Assembly (NCBI GenBank): GCA_905200265.1 | Contig: CAJKJS010000001.1 | Location: forward strand, 1-32,961 | DNA length: 32,961 nt | DNA from: an uncultured Oscillospiraceae bacterium | GTDB lineage: Bacteria > Bacillota > Clostridia > Oscillospirales > Acutalibacteraceae | Reading direction: 5' to 3' | Part shown: positions 28,518 to 32,961 of the stretch, in pieces | How the letters are laid out: each line of letters begins with the position of its first letter | Numbering within the stretch: position 1 is the stretch's first letter | Made by a program: the position numbers and the translations under genes | The notes under the pieces: model-generated | What the model saw: only the letters and a program-made list of their open reading frames with translations | Database searches by the model: none | What the model was told of the DNA's origin: nothing

Positions 28518-29437
28518 AACACCTCACAAGGCTGATGGATCTATCGAGCGAAGAAATCCGCGATATTTTAAACCTGGCGGATCAGCTCAAATATGAAACC
28601 AAGCACAACATTCCCCATCCCCACTTGCAGGGGAAAACTCTGGGCATGATTTTCGAAAAAGTAAGTACCCGTACCCGGGTTTCTTTCGAAGCCGGTATGT
28701 ACCAGCTGGGGGGGCATGCACTGTTTTTGTCCGCCCGGGATTTGCAGATGTTCCGTGGCGAACCGGTAGAAGACACGGCCCGTACCCTGTCGCGGTATGT
28801 TAACGGTTTGATGATTCGCACCTTTGATCAGGGGGAAGTGGACAATTTTGCCCGGTATGGGAGTGTGCCTGTTATTAACGGTATGACCGATTTTGCCCAT
28901 CCGTGCCAGGTGTTGGCCGATCTGATGACAATACGGGAGTACAAAGGCAGCCTGGAAGGGCTGAAAATGGCGTATATCGGTGACGGCAACAACATGTGCA
29001 ACAGCCTGATTGTGGGGGCGCTGCAAACTGGTATGCGTATCAGCGTGGCATGTCCGAAAGGGTATGAACCTGCCCCTGAAGTACTGGCGTTTGCCGAAAA
29101 ATATGGCGATGCATTTGAACTGACGCACGATCCGCTCAAAGCCGCCGAAAATGCCGACGATGTGCAGACCGATGTGTGGGTTTCCTCCGGGATGGAAAGC
29201 GAAAGCGAACAGCGCCACCGGGATTTTGCCGGGTATGGCGTTACGGCGGAAGTTATGGCCGCTGCCCGGGAAGATGCGATTTTGCAGCACCCGCTACCAG
29301 CTCATCGGGGTGAAGAAATCAGCGGCGAGCTATTCGAAGCGCACGCCGGAGAAATTTTCGACGAAGCGGAAAATCGCCTGCATGCCCAGAAAGCCGTTTT
29401 GATGAAACTGCTGGGCGGCGAAGGCGTCCGCGTATAA
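28514..29437 (+). CDS. argF: ornithine carbamoyltransferase-family protein with non-canonical substrate motifs
   Basis: 307 aa. The carbamoyl-phosphate motifs STRTR and HPCQ are present. The second-substrate motifs read DVWVSSG and HPLP, not DxxxSMG and HCLP. ATGA overlap with argD. Confidence 0.85.
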   Translation: MKHLTRLMDLSSEEIRDILNLADQLKYETKHNIPHPHLQGKTLGMIFEKVSTRTRVSFEAGMYQLGGHALFLSARDLQMFRGEPVEDTARTLSRYVNGLMIRTFDQGEVDNFARYGSVPVINGMTDFAHPCQVLADLMTIREYKGSLEGLKMAYIGDGNNMCNSLIVGALQTGMRISVACPKGYEPAPEVLAFAEKYGDAFELTHDPLKAAENADDVQTDVWVSSGMESESEQRHRDFAGYGVTAEVMAAAREDAILQHPLPAHRGEEISGELFEAHAGEIFDEAENRLHAQKAVLMKLLGGEGVRV

Positions 29438-29450
29438 GGCTGGCAATCCT

Positions 29451-30173
29451 ATGAATCAGAAACCAGTGATTGGCATTGTGGCCGGATTTGAACCGGGGAT
29501 GGGGTCCCCGGGGGTGGGCATGTTTGCCGAAAGTGCCGACTATGTACGTTCGGTAGTGCTGGCAGGTGGGGTGCCCGTATTGCTGCCCGTAACGGGCGAA
29601 ATCCCCGATGCCCAAAGTGTAGCACTGCTGGACGGACTGCTGTTGCCGGGCGGTGGCGATGTGGCGCCCCATTTGTACGGGCAGGACCCCATAAAGGGCA
29701 TGGGTGCGACCTGTGTAACGAAAGACCGGTTTGAAATAGCGCTTTTAAAAATCTGTCTGGCGCAGCATAAACCGGTTATGGGCGTATGCCGTGGGCTGCA
29801 GGTGATCAATGTGGCCCTGGGCGGCACCTTGATTCAGGATTTACCTACCGGTACGGCTTCCCTACAGGAACATCGTGGCAGCATGGAAACCAGGGATGAG
29901 CCGTTCCATCGGGTGTATTTTACTCCTGGCAGCCGGCTACATGATATGGCGGGGCAAGATAGTTTGCTTACAAATTCTTACCACCACCAGGCTATTGACC
30001 GGCTAGCTCCCGGGCTGCGGGCTACAGCCTACACCGCCGACGGTGTGATTGAAGGGGTAGAAGACGAAACCGGACTTTTATATGCCGTACAGTTCCACCC
30101 GGAAAACTTCACCCGGCGATTCCCCGATTTTGTGCGCTTTTTTACGCCGCTTTGCGAAAAGGCGGCCCATTGA
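29451..30173 (+). CDS. peptidase C26 / gamma-glutamyl-gamma-aminobutyrate hydrolase-family class I glutamine amidotransferase
   Basis: 240 aa. Nucleophile elbow GVCRGLQVINVALGG plus HHQAI and AVQFHPE (His/Glu of the triad). Confidence 0.8.
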   Translation: MNQKPVIGIVAGFEPGMGSPGVGMFAESADYVRSVVLAGGVPVLLPVTGEIPDAQSVALLDGLLLPGGGDVAPHLYGQDPIKGMGATCVTKDRFEIALLKICLAQHKPVMGVCRGLQVINVALGGTLIQDLPTGTASLQEHRGSMETRDEPFHRVYFTPGSRLHDMAGQDSLLTNSYHHQAIDRLAPGLRATAYTADGVIEGVEDETGLLYAVQFHPENFTRRFPDFVRFFTPLCEKAAH

Positions 30174-30193
30174 CAAAAAAGGAGGCAGCAGCC

Positions 30194-30592
30194 ATGAAGA
30201 AAAAAGTGGTTCCTGTTTTTGTGGGCATCCTCATGGTGCTTGTGGCTGTGGGGAGCTATTTCCTCGGATACAAAACGGCGTATGGCCGTTTGGAAGAAGG
30301 AGCGGGGGATACACTCCCTCAAACCTTTTACGCCACCATTACGGAGCGGGACGATGATTTCTTCGCGGTAGAGGGCCTTTCCGTCAATGACCTCAATTTC
30401 CGGGGCGATTTTACCTTTACCATCACGACGGATACCATCCTTATGTGGCGGGGGGAAACTCTTACTTCGGAAGAATTGCAGGTAGGTGACCGGGTAGCGG
30501 TAACATTTGACGGCACCATACAGGAAACATACCCGGCGGTTTTGACCGGTATTTGTCAAATTCAACTACTGGAAGACGAACGAAATAAATAA
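30194..30592 (+). CDS. small membrane-anchored hypothetical protein
   Basis: 132 aa from the ATG at 30194, 8 nt after AAGGAGG. Signal-anchor MKKKVVPVFVGILMVLVAVGSYFLGY followed by a beta-rich ~100-aa domain ending ...TFDGTIQETYPAVL. It may be DUF3221-like, from memory only. Confidence 0.55.
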   Translation: MKKKVVPVFVGILMVLVAVGSYFLGYKTAYGRLEEGAGDTLPQTFYATITERDDDFFAVEGLSVNDLNFRGDFTFTITTDTILMWRGETLTSEELQVGDRVAVTFDGTIQETYPAVLTGICQIQLLEDERNK

Positions 30593-30596
30593 AAAA

Positions 30597-30631
30597 AGAG
30601 GCGGTTCCCCCAAATGGGACCGCCTCTTTTT
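30597..30631 (+). terminator. intrinsic terminator ending the arginine cluster
   Basis: GAGGCGGTTCCC pairs with GGGACCGCCTC (one bulged T, loop CCAAAT), flanked by an A run upstream and TTTTT downstream. Confidence 0.88.
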
Positions 30632-30634
30632 GCG

Positions 30635-30663
30635 TTGACAGGGAAACACAGGCTGGTTATAAT
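30635..30663 (+). promoter_or_regulatory. consensus sigma-70 promoter
   Basis: TTGACA (30635-30640), exactly 17 nt, then TATAAT (30658-30663). Confidence 0.75.
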
Positions 30664-30681
30664 AAGTAGTACACTACCTAT
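30662..30681. promoter_or_regulatory. candidate MarR operator (imperfect 20-bp palindrome)
   Basis: In ATAAGTAGTACACTACCTAT, 8 of 10 symmetric positions are complementary. It overlaps the last two bases of the -10 and the predicted transcription start. Confidence 0.5.
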
Positions 30682-30699
30682 TGAAAGAAGGAAAAAAAG

Positions 30700-31965
30700 A
30701 TGGGGGCGTATATACCACCCGGCAGGCGCTTTGCCATTTTGGACCGAGCCTTTAAATACCGTTTGGGAGAAAAAGCCGATCAATTGGGGCTTACTGCGGT
30801 ACAGCTGCGCGTGCTGGGGGAACTAAGCCGCCTGGAAGCAAGTGGCGTGCCGGAAGTAAATCAACGGGATTTGGAAATCGCAGAACAGGTGACTCATCCC
30901 ACTATGACCGACATGATTCGTCGGCTGGAAAAAAAGGGATTTGTGACGTGTTCGGTCAGCCAGACGGACCGGCGTTATAAAAAAATTAACTGTACAAAAC
31001 GTTCCGCCCATTTGTATAAGGAACTGGCCCAGGAAGATGAAAGAATCTTTGATAAAATTTGTGCCGGGCTGTCGGACGAAGACCGGCAGAATTTGCTCCG
31101 GATTACCGGACATATGCTGAAAAATTTAGGATATCCCGTGGAGGAACAGGAAGGAGAAAGCCATATGACCGATTATAAAGCCAACGCTGGGCAGACGTTT
31201 TTGCCCGTGCAAGATAATACAGATATTGATACATTGCCCTATGAGCCTCTACCCCGGCCGGAACCGGCCTTTCCTCCTTTATCCCTCAATCCCATGGCAA
31301 GGGAAAAAAAGTGGGTGTTGCAGTCGCAGAATCAGCACTTTTTGCCTGGGGTAAGCGCCGCTATGCTAGATTGGTTTTGGGCGAATATGGAAAAGGGATA
31401 CTACCTGTGGGCTCCCGGATCGCATAAGCGATTTAGCTGGGTGAAATCCCCGTGGCAGTACGGCTTTATCCACTCGGTACATAAAATTGCCGAATCGGTG
31501 GGGAAAGGTAATCCGGTGTTTGGAGGCGAAGGTGTAGAAATTCACCGGCTGGATTTATCGTATTTTCCGTTTACCTATGCACTCGATCATGTGCTGGTGG
31601 AAGGAGTTTTCAATGATCGTCAGGAATTTGTGGACATGACGGTTCATATGTGGCAGGACTGCGAAGGCGGATGCCATCATATCACCGCTGCTGTTGCCAG
31701 TACCACGGTGTCGGAACCTCCGTCCTTTGTCAAAGAAATTCTGCAAAAAGATCCCCACGCCAAACTGGTACCGCCCAGTACTACGGACCATGCGGAGTAT
31801 GAAGCCAGCCGGTGGCCGCAGTTTTTGCCGGCACTGTATCGTTTGTGGGAAGGGCATCCCGACCCGTCCCAGAATGTGCCGTGCAATCTGAAGGTAAAGA
31901 AGACCGGCGACTATGAGTGGCAATACCGGTTTGAAAATCCGACAGTAGTGCCTGACAAAGGATAA
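30700..31965 (+). CDS. MarR-family winged-helix regulator fused in frame to a ~266-aa His/Trp-rich domain of unknown function (possible metal hydrolase)
   Basis: 421-aa continuous ORF. Residues 1-~150 form a complete MarR domain (LTAVQLRVLGELSRL...QRDLEIAEQVTHPTMTDMIRRLEKKGFV...DRRYKKI). An in-frame AAGGAG (31151-31156) plus ATG (31165) marks the start of the C-terminal domain. Confidence 0.75.
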   Translation: MGAYIPPGRRFAILDRAFKYRLGEKADQLGLTAVQLRVLGELSRLEASGVPEVNQRDLEIAEQVTHPTMTDMIRRLEKKGFVTCSVSQTDRRYKKINCTKRSAHLYKELAQEDERIFDKICAGLSDEDRQNLLRITGHMLKNLGYPVEEQEGESHMTDYKANAGQTFLPVQDNTDIDTLPYEPLPRPEPAFPPLSLNPMAREKKWVLQSQNQHFLPGVSAAMLDWFWANMEKGYYLWAPGSHKRFSWVKSPWQYGFIHSVHKIAESVGKGNPVFGGEGVEIHRLDLSYFPFTYALDHVLVEGVFNDRQEFVDMTVHMWQDCEGGCHHITAAVASTTVSEPPSFVKEILQKDPHAKLVPPSTTDHAEYEASRWPQFLPALYRLWEGHPDPSQNVPCNLKVKKTGDYEWQYRFENPTVVPDKG

Positions 31966-31981
31966 AAACGGAGGCAGTTTA

Positions 31982-32923
31982 ATGGATGAGATATTTGGTA
32001 TTTTGATGGAACAGATCGTCCTGTTCCTGTTTTATATGATCGTCGGTGTGCTGCTGGTCAAAACCCATGTGCTAGCGGAAAACACGCTGGAGACGCTGTC
32101 CCGGTTTGTGATGAAACTGGCATTGCCGGTGATGATTTTTATCAACACTGTTGGCGGCGTTGACCGGGAGTCTCTGGTGCAGTCATTGCCGGTGTTGGGG
32201 CTTGCAGTGGTGTTTTACGTGTGCACGTTCCTGATCAGCAAGGGGCTTTCGGTTTTGTTTCACCTAAAAGGCGACCGGGCGGCGGTATACCGGGCATTAT
32301 CCATGTTCGGGAACATCGGGTTTATGGGAATTCCGATTATCTCCAGTGTGTTCCCGGAGCAGGGCATGCTGTATATTTCGGTGTTCACCATTATTGACCA
32401 GCTTGTGTTGTGGACTCTGGGGGTTAAATTGACGACGCCGGGAGGAACGGGTTCTTTTCGTCCGCAAAAAATGATCAATCCCTGTACGGTAGCGGTGGTG
32501 GCGGCTGTTCTGATCGTGGTAGCCGGTGTTTCTCTGCCTTCGCTGCTGCACACAGCGCTGGATAAAATCGGAGGCACCGCGACTCCTCTGGCCATGATTT
32601 ACCTGGGCGGTGTATTTGCGTGTATGGATATAAAAACATATGTACGCGTTAGGGAGTTTTACGGTATTGTCGTTATAAAAATGATGGTATTTCCCGTGCT
32701 GCTCTATATGGCATGCGGATTTCTTCCCATTGACGAAAGTGTGCGGCTGACGTTTGCCCTGCTGGCGGCCATGCCGGCCATGTCGTCCATTGTTATGATG
32801 GCCAAAGCGTCCGGTTCCGAAGGGGATTATGCCATGGGTGGTATTTTTGTGACCACAGTGTGTTCCATTGTAAGCATACCTGTTGTTTTTTGGGTGTTAC
32901 AGCAAGTGGCCCAGCCTTTATGA
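31982..32923 (+). CDS. AEC-family (auxin efflux carrier-like) membrane permease
   Basis: 313 aa with about 10 hydrophobic segments and a two-halves topology typical of the AEC/Mem_trans family. SD GGAGG. Starts 16 nt after the fusion gene. Confidence 0.8.
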   Translation: MDEIFGILMEQIVLFLFYMIVGVLLVKTHVLAENTLETLSRFVMKLALPVMIFINTVGGVDRESLVQSLPVLGLAVVFYVCTFLISKGLSVLFHLKGDRAAVYRALSMFGNIGFMGIPIISSVFPEQGMLYISVFTIIDQLVLWTLGVKLTTPGGTGSFRPQKMINPCTVAVVAAVLIVVAGVSLPSLLHTALDKIGGTATPLAMIYLGGVFACMDIKTYVRVREFYGIVVIKMMVFPVLLYMACGFLPIDESVRLTFALLAAMPAMSSIVMMAKASGSEGDYAMGGIFVTTVCSIVSIPVVFWVLQQVAQPL

Positions 32924-32961
32924 TCAGAATCCTTCAGTGTATACACAAGATCTACAGAAGC

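Noticed and set aside
1-32961. Mobile elements, CRISPR arrays, toxin-antitoxin or phage-defence systems, tRNA/rRNA genes
   Set aside because: I looked for repeat-spacer periodicity, transposase or integrase-like ORFs, inverted terminal repeats, small paired ORFs and cloverleaf-like segments in all intergenic gaps. None was found. The window is core-genome in character.

Overview
All credible genes in this roughly 55% GC window lie on the + strand, and most are core housekeeping. Gene content and protein features suggest a Clostridia (Oscillospiraceae/Ruminococcaceae-like) chromosome, but that assignment is inference only. Layout: (1) 3-2508, the 3' end of a sensor histidine kinase translationally coupled to an HtrA/DegP protease and an orphan lipoprotein. 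(2) 2509-3079, a 571-nt intergenic region with a terminator, an A-rich tract, one sigma-70-type promoter and a structured leader of about 300 nt that contains its own intrinsic terminator. (3) 3080-18557, a complete, uninterrupted S10-spc-alpha ribosomal superoperon (rpsJ to rplQ, including secY, adk, map, a small KOW protein, infA, rpmJ and rpoA). rpmD and rpmJ were found by eye because they fall below the ORF-track length cutoff. (4) 18705-21332, an orphan membrane-anchored protein, hflX and a flavin-reductase-like gene. (5) 21504-30592, a single co-directional arginine cluster (argG-argH-argC-argJ-argB-argD-argF) extended by a C26 gamma-glutamyl hydrolase/GATase and a small membrane protein. 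(6) 30635-32923, a consensus promoter with an overlapping palindrome driving a MarR domain fused in frame to a ~266-aa His/Trp-rich domain, followed by an AEC-family permease. I see no tRNA or rRNA genes, CRISPR arrays, transposases, integrases, phage genes or recognisable defence systems. The long minus-strand ORFs are antisense artefacts. The most unusual items are the rpsJ leader/attenuator RNA, the MarR-enzyme fusion module, and substitutions in normally invariant motifs of ArgF and ArgH. None can be confirmed without database searches or experiments.
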